A DNA stretch of 64,000 bases, taken from Octopus vulgaris (Eukaryota). The translations under genes were made by a program, and so were the position numbers. Under the pieces are notes generated by a model. The model was given only the letters and a program-made list of their open reading frames with translations. It was not told the origin of the DNA and made no database searches. This document shows positions 1 to 26,190 of the stretch, one piece after another; positions within the stretch are counted from its first letter, which is position 1, and the number at the start of each line of letters is the position of its first letter. The DNA lies in the NCBI GenBank assembly GCA_951406725.2, contig OX597819.1:89652001-89716000 (forward strand), written 5' to 3'.

Positions 1-166
1 TCCTAAGGCTAATTAGACGTTATTAATATTAAACGTTATTTAATTTAATCTTAAGGCTAATTAGAAGATAGAGTATCTGAAAAATTATTAACAATATTAA
101 AACAATATTAAACGTTATTTAATTTAATCTTAAGGCTAATTAACAATAATTATTAACAATATTAAA

Positions 167-1294
167 CTATATTAAACGTTATTTAATTTAATCCTAAGGC
201 TAATTTGACGGTATCAATATTAAACGTTATTTAATTTAATCTTAAGGCTAATTAGAAGATAGAGTATCTGGAAAATTATTATATCGAGAACAGTTATTGA
301 AAATGTAAACAAACCAAATGACGATCGCAACTTTAACTAAGATGTGGGCCTAAGTGAAAGATAAAATAGAATAATAAATAAAATATGAAATAGATGAAAT
401 TGATACTTAATCCAACAATGTGGTCTGGATAATTTTTTTGGTTTACGGGATTTTTTTTCGGGAGAGATGCTTCTTTTTCTTTCTTGCAGGAGATAACTTG
501 ATTCAGTTATTTTTGCACCATGTGCGTTTCGGCGAAAACTATATTAAACGTTATTTAATTTAATCCTAAGGCTAATTTGACGGTATCAATATTAAACGTT
601 ATTTAATTTAATCTTAAGGCTAATTAGAAGATAGGTATCTGGAAAATTATTATATCGAGAACAGTTATTGAAAATGTAAACAAACCAAATGACGATCGCA
701 ACTTTAACTAAGATGTGGGCCTAAGTGAAAGATAAAATAGAATAATAAATAAAATATGAAATAGATGAAATTGATACTTAATCCAACAATGTGGTCTGGA
801 TAATTTTTTGGTTTACGGGATTTTTTTTCGGGAGAGATGCTTCTTTTTTTCTTTCTTGCAGGAGATAACTTGATTCAGTTATTTTTGCACCATGTGCGTT
901 TCGGCGAAAACTATATTAAACGTTATTTAATTTAATCCTAAGGCTAATTTGACGGTATCAATATTAAACGTTATTTAATTTAATCTTAAGGCTAATTAGA
1001 AGATAGAGTATCTGGAAAATTATTATATCGAGAACAGTTATTGAAAATGTAAACAAACCAAATGACGATCGCAACTTTAACTAAAAGATGTGGGCCTAAG
1101 TGAAAGATAAAATAGAATAATAAATAAAATATGAAATAGATGAAATTGATACTTAATCCAACAATGTGGTCTGGATAATTTTTTTTTTTTTTTTTGGTTT
1201 ACGGGATTTTTTTCGGGAGAGATGCTTCTTTTTCTTTCTTGCAGGGAGATAACTTGATTCAGTTATTTTTGCACCATGTGCGTTTCGGCGAAAA
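167..1294. repeat. Tandem repeat, ~372-bp unit x3
   Basis: CTATATTAAACG...GTGCGTTTCGGCGAAAA starts at 167, 539 and 911. Copies are nearly identical apart from homopolymer lengths and small indels. Confidence 0.95.
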
Positions 1295-1456
1295 TGAAAA
1301 GTACTGTGTATATGTATATATTTATATATATATTTTTTTAAAAATATTTTTAACCAAAGTGTTGTAGTGATCTCTATGACTTAGAGTTTTACGTTTTACA
1401 ACTACAGTGGGTTATTTCGCCGTTCTATGCAGACTTTTTCACAGAGCAAAGGCAAT

Positions 1457-1463
1457 CACGTCT
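1457..1463 (-). promoter_or_regulatory. Candidate internal-promoter motif AGACGTG (DPE-like)
   Basis: AGACGTG on the minus strand at about +22 to +28 from the element/(TA)n boundary. It resembles the downstream promoter elements of non-LTR 5' ends. Confidence 0.3.
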
Positions 1464-1484
1464 TTCTCTGCTGAAAACGGAACC

Positions 1485-4560
<3,076 letters not shown>

Positions 4561-4562
<2 letters not shown>

Positions 4563-6503
4563 CTCTTGAGCTTTCTACAGGTATGCCAAAGAAACAGCTA
4601 CAGTGCACTGTAGAATAGGGCCACTCCTCGAAAAGGATGGCACACTTACAGGAAAACCAATGAGGGTAAGTGAAATACTGAATGAGCAATTCAAGAGTGT
4701 TTTCACTCCACCCCTTGGGCATCTCCAAATCACCAATCCAACTGACTTTTTTACCACTGCAGATATAAAATCAGAGGCGGCGACGATAGATTACATCGAT
4801 ATAAAGGAAGACGATGTAACCAAGGCTATAGATGAAATGAAAACAGACTCAGCTACTGGCCCCGATGGATTCCCGGCAATCCTCCTAAAAGCATGTAAGA
4901 GAGTCCTAGCAAGACCACTGCAGTTCCTCTTTCAGAGCTTCCTTGCAGCTGGCAAACTTCCAGGAAAACTGAAGGAAGGTAAAATATGCCCCATTCATAA
5001 AGGAGGTAGCAGAGCGGAAGCCAAGAACTATAGACCTATCTCTCTGACCTCACACATCAGCAAGGTCATGGAACGAATAGTCAGAAGGAAGCTGATCACC
5101 TTCCTTGAAGAGAATGACTTGCTGCCGACACCCAACATGGTTTCCGACCAGGGAGAAGCTGTTTAACTCAGCTCCTACAACACTATGACTGGGTGCTGAA
5201 ACGGCTGCTCAACCACTCAAATGTGGAAGTGATATATCTCGACTTTGCAAAGGCCTTTGATAAAGTCGATCATGGAATGATATGTCACAAACTGCGTGAT
5301 CTCAACATAGTTGGAAAACTGGGAGAATGGCTTCATGACTTTCTGAAGGATAGAAGTCAGGTGGTAGTAGCCAATGGGGCCACCTCCATTAACACACAAA
5401 TAGTGAGCGGTGTTCCGCAGGGCACTGTTCTGGGACCACTACTGTTCATAATGGCCCTCTCAGACATGCCCTCAGCCACGCAGAGAGCCACGATCACAAG
5501 TTATGCAGATGATACAAAAGTTTCACAGGCAATACAGAACCCTGAGGACACTAAACACCTGCAATGTGAGCTGGACGAAATATACAAGTGGGCTGAAAAG
5601 AATAGCATGCAGTTCAATGCTGGAAAGTTTCAAGCTTTATACTATCAGCATGCAAAACTGAATGCAATACCCAATGAATACACTGGACCCGGAGGGATTG
5701 CAATCCCAGAGGCACAATCAGTGCGTGACCTGGGTATTCACATGAGTGATGACGCGACCTTTCATGTACATGTTGCTAAACTGACAATGAAATGTAGACG
5801 GCTGGCTGGATGGATTCTTAGAACCTTTAGAACAAGAGAACAAGAAACCATGATGGTCCTCTGGAAGACACTTGTCCTAAGCCACTTTGACTATTGCTCT
5901 CAGCTATGGTCACCATCCAGTGTCAAGTTGATCACAGAACTTTGAGGCGATCCAACGAAGCTACACAAAGAAGATAGCCTCTATGCAGAATGTAAGCTAC
6001 TGGGAAAGACTCAAGAGATTAAAATTATATTCCCTGGAGCGTAGGCGGGAAAGATATGCCATAATATACATCTGGAAGATCCTGGAGGGAAGTGTCCTGA
6101 ACTTTGGCATCGAGAGTTACGCAAATGCCAGAACTGGGCGCCACTGCGTGGTGCCTAGGACTCCAAACCTGCCATCAAGATGTAGGACAAGATACTGTGA
6201 TAGCCTGGGCTTCCGAGGCCCACAGCTCTTCAATATCCTCCCGAAGAACCTGAGAGACCTGCATGGGGTGGATACAGATGTCTTTAAAATGAAGCTGGAT
6301 CTCTTCCTGTCAGGTGTCCCAGATGAACCAACTTCACGGCAGGAGGGGCAGATGAGGGCAGCTGCATCGAACTCTCTCATGCACCAAATAGCAGCTGCTA
6401 GAAAGCCTCCATGAAGTGGAAACCAAGTAGCAACACAAAATGGCAGTGCCCCAGCATGGCCACAGCTCATAAGCTGAAACTAGAATCAATCAATCAATCA
6501 ATC
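4561..6503 (+). mobile_element. CR1-like LINE family A, 5'-truncated copy: RT domain, C-terminus, 3' UTR and (AATC)n tail
   Basis: Motifs KNYRPISLTS, YLDFAKAFDKVDH, GVPQGTVLGPLLF, YADDT and LYSLERRRERY. The ORF is split by two 1-bp homopolymer indels (about 5125 and 5941). Both flanks are (TA)n. Confidence 0.93.
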
Positions 6504-8315
<1,812 letters not shown>

Positions 8316-8317
8316 AC

Positions 8318-8582
<265 letters not shown>

Positions 8583-8717
8583 TGTGCAAATGTATGGAGT
8601 GTGTGTATAAATAATTTATTTGATGATATTATGAGTGTGTGAAAGTGTGTGTGTGTGTGTAAACAATACAAATAAATGTATAAATGTATAAAGTGTAAAA
8701 GAAATAGCAGATGTATA

Positions 8718-8752
<35 letters not shown>

Positions 8753-9014
8753 TCTAATTATTTNNNNNNNNNNNNNNNNNNNNNNNNNNNNNNNNNNNNN
8801 NNNNNNNNNNNNNNNNNNNNNNNNNNNNNNNNNNNNNNNNNNNNNNNNNNNNNNNNNNNNNNNTAACAATTTGTAGTTAAATGAAAACGTACTTACGGGT
8901 TTGTAGGCAAACACGTGGTTACAAATATATATATATTTAAGGTCAGTTAGTTTTGAAGCTGTGTAGCTTGCTACTGACTCGGGAGAGAAACAAATAGACG
9001 TCCGTCCAGTTCAA

Positions 9015-13214
<4,200 letters not shown>

Positions 13215-13740
13215 AAGATGTCACACCCATAGTACTGTTGACACACTCAAACTCAGTCTGTGACACACTGATAGTACACATGAAACAACCGAAAATAGTA
13301 ATATGTGTCACATATCGGCCACCAGACACCCCTAGTCATGAAGGAGTGTTTGAAGATAGCCTCAGAAGAATAGAAGAAGTCCTGGACAAACTGGACCAGG
13401 GTAACACCATTCTACTGCTGGGAGATTTTAACCTTCCGAAAGTCAAATATGGCCATCTCCTATGAATGACATCACTTGAACAGAGACAGACAGAGTCCTT
13501 GTTGGCTCTCACACGCAAGTTTTTCATGGAACAAGCAGTGCTTCGGCCAACAAGAGGTGAGAATGTCTTGGACCTCTGTTTCACAAGCAACCCGATGCTC
13601 ATCCACAACATATATGGTAACACCTACAATTCTATCAGATATATACTTAGTAGAGGTAATGATATATGGTATGAGAGAGTTAGTTGAGACGCAGCCATTA
13701 GAAAATACCACAGGCCTATCCAGTCTAAACTTCCATAGAT
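13215..13740 (+). mobile_element. CR1-like LINE family A, apurinic endonuclease fragment
   Basis: Encodes [19 protein letters not shown] and RPTRGENVLDLCF, with frameshifts. Nearly identical to 19426-19881. Begins directly after (TA)n. Confidence 0.88.
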
Positions 13741-14058
13741 ATTTCCGGTTTTCTTGGGAAACGGCGGTGTTTTCCTTCTCTCTCTTCAAAGAATCCAAAA
13801 TCCAAACGAATCCTCTGCGTTCTGCTAGTGAAACTTTACGATAAGTATATTTTTATTAACGTAACATATTAAGACAACTTTTTTGATATATTTGACATCT
13901 TTTCATGAAAATTGATAACATTTTTCCTCGTTTGAAAACGCACGCGTGTTTATTTTCGNNNNNNNNNNNNNNNNNNNNNNNNNNNNNNNNNNNNNNNNNN
14001 NNNNNNNNNNNNNNNNNNNNNNNNNNNNNNNNNNNNNNNNNNNNNNNNNNNNNNNNNN

Positions 14059-14614
14059 TTCCGTGCCAACAGGAACCTCTCAGGTAGAACATACACACCC
14101 GTGTGCACTGTTTGGTTCCATCCTTTGCGGTTCCACTTCTACTCCTGGTTGTTTCACTCTTTGGTCCTGCTTGAGCTTTTTCTTTTCCTTTAGCTCTTCC
14201 AGTCCTTCTTTTAGTTCTTCTTCCTCCCTCTACCTCTTCACCGGGTTCTCCGTCTCCATGGCCCTTGCTGCCGGTTGGAGAACTTGCACCTGGGTTCACT
14301 TCCCGGGCAGGTTTCTCATTCAAAACCTCCTCCTGGGCGTCCACCAGGTGGGGGTGACTTCTTTCATCGTCTCCATTCTTGCCATCTTTGCCCCGCTCGT
14401 TCTCAAAGATGGCATCAAGTGCGCCAATGTGCGACCGTACAAGCGCATATGAGCGCACGAATTCCTGTCTCTTTCGCTCCATCTGAGCCGCTGTCCTCTT
14501 GTAGCCTCTGCTCTTCAGCGCAGCCGCAATCACCTCGCTAGGGCTATCTCCGCCGGCGCACTCCCATGCTCGTACGAATAAATCCAGCTCGTCACGTCTC
14601 CATGCTCTGGACAT
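14059..14614 (-). CDS. Putative LINE ORF1: N-terminal Myb/SANT-like (trihelix) domain, basic linker and start of a CCCH zinc finger; truncated by an N gap
   Basis: ATG at 14614. WRRDELDLFVRAW...IAAALKSRGYKRTAAQMERKRQEFVRSY fits the trihelix/Myb_DNA-bind_4 pattern, and VCMFYLRGSCWHG fits the start of a CCCH finger. The GC-rich frame stays open for about 185 codons up to the gap. Confidence 0.7.
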
Positions 14615-14675
14615 GCTGGATAATCCGTCTATCCGTTTATCTATCTAATTATGTTCGAGAGAAGACAGGAAGATA

Positions 14676-15519
14676 TTAAGGCTAATTAGAAGATAGAGTA
14701 CTTGAAAAAGAAATATTAACAATATTAAAGTTTGTGTAAAAACGTTATTTGGGTAAAAACGTTATTTAATCTTAAGGCTAATTAGGAGATAGAGTATCTG
14801 AAAATATATTAGCAATATTAATATTATATTAGAGTGTGGGTAAAAAAACGTTATTTAATCTTAAGGCTAATTTGGAGATAGAGTATCTGAAAATATATTA
14901 GCAATATTAATATTATATTAGAGTGTGGGTAATATTAAACGTTATTTAATTTAATCTTAAGGCTAATTAGAAGACAGAGTATCTGAAAAATTATATATAC
15001 AATATTAAGCAATATTAACCGTTATTTAATTTAATCTTAAGGCTAATTAGACGTTATTAATATTAAACGTTATTTAATTTAATCTTAAGGCTAATTAGAA
15101 GATAGAGTATCTGAAAATATATTAGCAATATTAATATTATATTAGAGTGTGGATAAAAACGTTATTTAATCTTAAGGCTAATCAGGAGATAGAGTATCTG
15201 AAAATATATTAGCAATGTTAATATTATATTAGAGTGTGGGTAATATTAAACGTTATTTAATTTAATCTTAAGGCTAATTAGAAGATAGAGTATCTGAAGA
15301 AGTATTAACAATATTAAAACAATATTAAACGTTATTTAATTTAATCTTAAGGCTAATTAACAATAATTATTAACAATATTAAACAATATTAAACGTTATT
15401 TAATTTAATCCTAAGGCTAATTAACAATAATTATTAACAATATTAAACAATATTAAACGTTATTTAATTTAATCCTAAGGCTAATTAACAATAATTATTA
15501 ACAATATTAAACGTTATTT
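14676..15519. repeat. AT-rich hierarchical minisatellite (~40-90-bp variants) upstream of ORF1
   Basis: About a dozen copies of AACGTTATTTAAT(TTAAT)C(T/C)TAAGGCTAAT with variable spacers (AGAAGATAGAGTATCTGAAAA, AACAATAATTATT). The same motif occurs at 1-300. Confidence 0.9.
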
Positions 15520-15619
15520 NNNNNNNNNNNNNNNNNNNNNNNNNNNNNNNNNNNNNNNNNNNNNNNNNNNNNNNNNNNNNNNNNNNNNNNNNNNNNNNNN
15601 NNNNNNNNNNNNNNNNNNN

Positions 15620-16827
15620 AACTGCGTGATCTCAACATAGTTGGAAAACTGGGAGAATGGCTTCATGACTTTCTGAAGGATAGAAGTCAGGTGGTAGTAG
15701 CCAATGGGGCCACCTCCATTAACACACAAATAGTGAGCGGTGTTCCGCAGGGCACTGTTCTGGGACCACTACTGTTCATAATGGCCCTCTCAGACATGCC
15801 CTCAGCCACGCAGAGAGCCACGATCACAAGTTATGCAGATGATACAAAAGTTTCACAGGCAATACAGAACCCTGAGGACACTAAACACCTGCAATGTGAG
15901 CTGGACGAAATATACAAGTGGGCTGAAAAGAATAGCATGCAGTTCAATGCTGGAAAGTTTCAAGCTTTATACTATCAGCATGCAAAACTGAATGCAATAC
16001 CCAATGAATACACTGGACCCGGAGGGATTGCAATCCCAGAGGCACAATCAGTGCGTGACCTGGGTATTCACATGAGTGATGACGCGACCTTTCATGTACA
16101 TGTTGCTAAACTGACAATGAAATGTAGACGGCTGGCTGGATGGATTCTTAGAACCTTTAGAACAAGAGAACAAGAAACCATGATGGTCCTCTGGAAGACA
16201 CTTGTCCTAAGCCACTTTGACTATTGCTCTCAGCTATGGTCACCATCCAGTGTCAAGTTGATCACAGAACTTGAGGCGATCCAACGAAGCTACACAAAGA
16301 AGATAGCCTCTATGCAGAATGTAAGCTACTGGGAAAGACTCAAGAGATTAAAATTATATTCCCTGGAGCGTAGGCGGGAAAGATATGCCATAATATACAT
16401 CTGGAAGATCCTGGAGGGAAGTGTCCTGAACTTTGGCATCGAGAGTTACGCAAATGCCAGAACTGGGCGCCACTGCGTGGTGCCTAGGACTCCAAACCTG
16501 CCATCAAGATGTAGGACAAGATTCTGTGATAGCCTGGGCTTCCGAGGCCCACAGCTCTTCAATATCCTCCCGAAGAACCTGAGAGACCTGCATGGGGTGG
16601 ATACAGATGTCTTTAAAATGAAGCTGGATCTCTTCCTGTCAGGTGTCCCAGATGAACCAACTTCACGGCAGGAGGGGCAGATGAGGGCAGCTGCATCGAA
16701 CTCTCTCATGCACCAAATAGCAGTTGCTAGAAAGCCTCCATGAAGTGAAACCAAGTAGCAACACCAAATGGCGGTGCCCCAGCATGGCCACAGCTCATAA
16801 GCTGAAACTAGAATCAATCAATCAATC
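15620..16827 (+). mobile_element. CR1-like LINE family A, 3' portion with intact RT/C-terminal frame and (AATC)n tail
   Basis: ORF 15691-16743 is nearly identical to the copy at 4561-6503. It starts at an N gap and is followed by (TA)n. Confidence 0.93.
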
Positions 16828-16830
16828 AAA

Positions 16831-18486
<1,656 letters not shown>

Positions 18487-18606
18487 GACGCTTTCTTTCT
18501 CTCTTCCTTCAGCTCTCATATCCCAAAAACACAACAACAAACAAACACACAAAAACCTTTCTATATATATATATATATATATAATATATATTATATTCAT
18601 ATATAC

Positions 18607-18638
<32 letters not shown>

Positions 18639-19048
18639 AAACATATATATATATCACACACACTCACACACACACACCACCAACAAACACAACACAACAC
18701 AAAACACAGAGAGAGAAACACAAACACCAACCACACACACAAACACACACACACACACCACACGAAAAACACACACACACTACAAAATATACTATACATA
18801 AATAAAACAAAAATATATAAGAAAAATAGTGGACAACCGTCCAAAGGAAGAAAAAAAGAGGAATGTCCAAAAACTCCAGATAACATAAATTAAAATATAT
18901 AAAGAAATATATATATATATATTCATATAAACATTATCAAACCACACACCAAAACACACACCACAAAACACAACACACAACACCACCCCCAGAACAAACA
19001 CAAATGCCCCAACAACGCACACACACACAACAAAACAGCAGAACAAAC

Positions 19049-19109
<61 letters not shown>

Positions 19110-19199
19110 ACTCACAACATATATATACACACAATATATACACACACACACCACCCCCCAAGGTGCACACACACGTCAGCACTTTATTGACACCCCGGT

Positions 19200-22632
<3,433 letters not shown>

Positions 22633-22721
22633 ATAATAAATATTAGGGAATAAATCCAAATTTACAGGAAAAAAAAAATCAGATTTAGGATTAAATCCAA
22701 TTTTATAGTAAAATATTATAA

Positions 22722-22904
22722 AATATTATTAGAGACAAAACCACTATTTTGCAAAACAAACAAGGAAAGACCTAATCAATACATAAAATTTTAATAAATA
22801 GTCAAAAAACCGCCACATTTTTTGACTATTTATTAAAATTTTATGTATTGATTAAGTCTTTCCTTGTTTGTTTTGCAAAATAGTGGTTTTGTCTCTAATA
22901 ATAT

Positions 22905-22905
<1 letters not shown>
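22722..22905. repeat. 88-bp-arm near-perfect palindrome with an 8-nt loop
   Basis: 22722-22809 is the reverse complement of 22818-22905 with one mismatch. The loop is CCGCCACA. Confidence 0.93.
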
Positions 22906-22947
<42 letters not shown>

Positions 22948-23071
22948 GTATATATATATATATATATATATNNNNNNNNNNNNNNNNNNNNNNNNNNNNN
23001 NNNNNNNNNNNNNNNNNNNNNNNNNNNNNNNNNNNNNNNNNNNNNNNNNNNNNNNNNNNNNNNNNNNNNNN

Positions 23072-24426
23072 AGGACAGATCCCTGTGGTACACCCGATGA
23101 CATCTCATATGGTGTAGAGTGCTGTCCTAGAACTGTGACTACCTCCTTTCGGCTGAGGATGAAGGATTTCAACCAGTTAAAAAGGTCATCCCCCACACCC
23201 ATTGCAGAGAGTTTCACCATAAGCCTTTTGTGTGGCACAGAGTTGAAAGCCTTAGCAAAGTCAAGGTAGACAACATCCACCCATGAGCCACTGTCAGTAA
23301 TCTGAGTAATGTCCTCAAGGAACTCGACAAGCTGGTCACTGCAGCTGGAGTTAGGGACAAATCCATATTGTGAGGGTCGGATGAGACTGTGAGAGCTCCA
23401 GAAGTTCCAGAGTGTTTCTCTGACACACGATTCCATCAGTTTTGCAATACAGCTAGTGAGACTGACTGGGCGATAGTTGACAGGTGATGTGCGGTCGCCC
23501 TTTTTGAACAGAGGAATGACACTGGCAGTTTTCCACTGCTCCGGAGTAGCACCATTGTTGAGACAGTACTGGAAGAAAATAGAAAGCTGGTGTAAAAGGA
23601 AGTGCCTGCCACGTTTGAGAAGCAGGTATGTAACTCCATCGAGACCAGGGGAGGCATAGTTGTGCTTATTTTGAAGGTGACGTCGCAGCATTGCAGGTGT
23701 AAATTCCATAGTTGTTATGGAGTTTGCTGTTAGTGATGGTGAAGATGGTACATTTTGACTTTCAACAGTGAATATGTTTGCATAGCACTCGGCAATGAGT
23801 TCTGCGCATTCCTTGGGGTCGTCAGTGATCTGGTTTGTGTGAGGGTTGCGAAGAGGGCCCACTGGAGAGTGAGGTCTCTGCTTTGAGTGCACATATTTCC
23901 AGAAAACCTTGCTGTCAGGATTGGCTGCTATGCACTGTTCAAATTCAAGCACTGCTTTTTTTGTCACTTGCTTGAGATGGTTGGAGGATTTATTCCGCTT
24001 CTTCCTGTTGGTGTCTGATTTATGCAACCTGTATTCCCGTTCAGCAGTCCGACGTTCCCTCCTGGCAAGTCGGACCGCTGAAGTTTCCCAAATTGCCCTT
24101 TTGGGGCGGTTCTTCTTTTTTGTTTACGTGGCACTGATGCTGCACATGCTGCCCATATTGAGTCCAGGATACTCTGGAGTATAGTATTCACATCTCCAGA
24201 GTTGTAGAATTCACGCCAGTTTGGGTGCTGTAGTTCAGTGTGGTACAGGTTCCAATCTGCTCTCTTCCAATCGAAGGAAGCAGATTGGAGATGGTTCAGG
24301 TTTTTGTTGCCCGCAAGAGCCAGATTGGCGATGATCATAGCATGATCAGAGTCGCCTAGAGGTTCCTCCGTAGTACAATTGATAACCGCTTCAAGAGTTG
24401 TGGTGAAGAGAAGGTCCAAGGTGTTG
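23072..24426 (-). mobile_element. Distinct CR1-like LINE (family B), endonuclease end through RT; bounded by N gaps
   Basis: NTLDLLFT and LGDSDHAMI (endonuclease end), then VNYRPVSLTS, QYGF, VVYLDFAKAFNSVPH and SGVPQGSV. One frameshift near 24030. Confidence 0.9.
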
Positions 24427-24526
24427 NNNNNNNNNNNNNNNNNNNNNNNNNNNNNNNNNNNNNNNNNNNNNNNNNNNNNNNNNNNNNNNNNNNNNNNNNN
24501 NNNNNNNNNNNNNNNNNNNNNNNNNN

Positions 24527-25420
24527 GCAGATGACACAAAAGTCTCCCACACAATACAAAACCCTCAAAATATTGTACATCTGCAACGGGAGTTGTATAC
24601 AATATACAGGTGGGCCGAGGACAACAACATGCAGTTTAATGCAGGGAATTTCCAGGCCCTGCGCTACCGGCACACAAAGGTAAATGACATGCAGACCGGA
24701 TATTCAGGAATTGTAATTCCTGAGTCAAAATCAGTGCGTGACCTGGGCATTGACAAGTGCAATGATGCATCTTTCCAAGTGTATATTACTAATTTGGTAA
24801 TAAAATGCAGTCTGCTAGCTGGATGGATTCTCCAAACTTTCAGAACAAGAGAGAAGGAGACACTGATGGTCTTTTGGAAGACATTCGTCCACAGCTACTT
24901 GGACTACTGCTCCCATCTATGGTCACCACACAATATAAAGTTAACAGCAGAATTCGAAGCAATTCAACAAAGCTACACTAAAAAGATCATCTCAATGCAA
25001 CATATCAGCTACTTGGAAAGACTGAAAGTATTAAAACTCTTCTCCCTGGAGCGAAGGTGGGAGAGATATGCAGTGATATACATCTGGAAAATCCTGAAGG
25101 GTCTTGTCCCAAACTTTGACATTCAAAGTTACCCCAACAGCAGAACAGGGCGCCACTGCATGGTACCAAAGATTCCAACATCACCATCAAAATATAGGAC
25201 CAGATACTGCAACAGCTTGGGTTTCAGAGGACCACAGCTCTTCAACATTCTTCCTAAATGCCTAAGAGACCTGCATGGTGTGGATATGGATTTCTTTAAA
25301 ACTAAACTGGATCTCTTCTTGTCAGGGATCCCAGATGAACCTACCTCTTGGCAGGAAACACAGATGCGGGCAGCGGCATCGTACTCCCTTATTGATCAAG
25401 TGCCATGTCATGTATCATAG
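24527..25420 (+). mobile_element. Older diverged relative of family A, RT C-terminal part
   Basis: ADDTK...SVRDLGI...LFSLERRWERYAVIYIWKIL...RGPQLFNILP aligns to family A with many substitutions. Confidence 0.88.
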
Positions 25421-25947
25421 ATAGCTTCTATGCAGAATGTAAGCTACTGGGAAAGACTCAAGAGATTAAAATTATATTCCCTGGAGCGTAGGCGGGAAAG
25501 ATATGCCATAATATACATCTGGAAGATCCTGGAGAGAAGTGTCCTGAACTTTGGCATCGAGAGTTACGCAAATGCCAGAACTGGGCGCCACTGTGTGGTG
25601 CCTAGAACTCCAAACTTGCCATCAAGATGTAGGACAAGATTCTGTGATAGCCTGGGCTTCCGAGGCCCACAGCTCTTCAATATCCTCCCAAAGAACCTGA
25701 GAGACCTGCATGGGGTGGATACAGATGTCTTTAAAATGAAGCTGGATCTCTTCCTGTCAGGTGTCCCAGATGAACCAACTTCACGGCAGGAGGGGCAGAT
25801 GAGGGCAGCTGCATCGAACTCACTCATGCACCAAATAGCAGTTGCTAGAAAGCCTCCATGAAGTGAAACCAAGTAGCAACACCAAATGGCGGTACCCCAG
25901 CATGGCCACAGCTCATAAGCTGAAACTAGAATCAATCAATCAATCAA
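25421..25947 (+). mobile_element. CR1-like LINE family A, short 5'-truncated copy with (AATC)n tail
   Basis: Nearly identical to the 3' ends of the other family A copies. Followed by a TA tract. Confidence 0.93.
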
Positions 25948-25980
25948 TACAAATATATATATATATATATATATATACAT

Positions 25981-26013
<33 letters not shown>

Positions 26014-26016
<3 letters not shown>

Positions 26017-26151
26017 TTTCCCAACTTCCACTCATAGAAACTTATGCACACGATCGCAAAGCATTCCATCTCAAATCCTGTCTTTCTTTCTGCCGCCTAA
26101 AAATCTCATCTTCTCCCATTGCGCGGTGTCGTTTTGTCCCTCTGTTATCAC

Positions 26152-26190
<39 letters not shown>

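Larger units (their letters stand above)
1..1484 (-). mobile_element. Putative 5' end / 5' UTR of a non-LTR retrotransposon that continues left of the window
   Basis: Bases 1-300 carry the motif AATATTAAACGTTATTTAATTTAATC(T/C)TAAGGCTAATTAG in the same orientation as the repeats upstream of the minus-strand ORF1 at 14059-14614. Unique sequence ends abruptly at 1484 against (TA)n. Confidence 0.65.

Noticed and set aside
321-330. ACGATCGCAA shared by the 372-bp and 512-bp monomers
   Set aside because: A single 10-mer match between two units of this size is plausible by chance, and the match does not extend.
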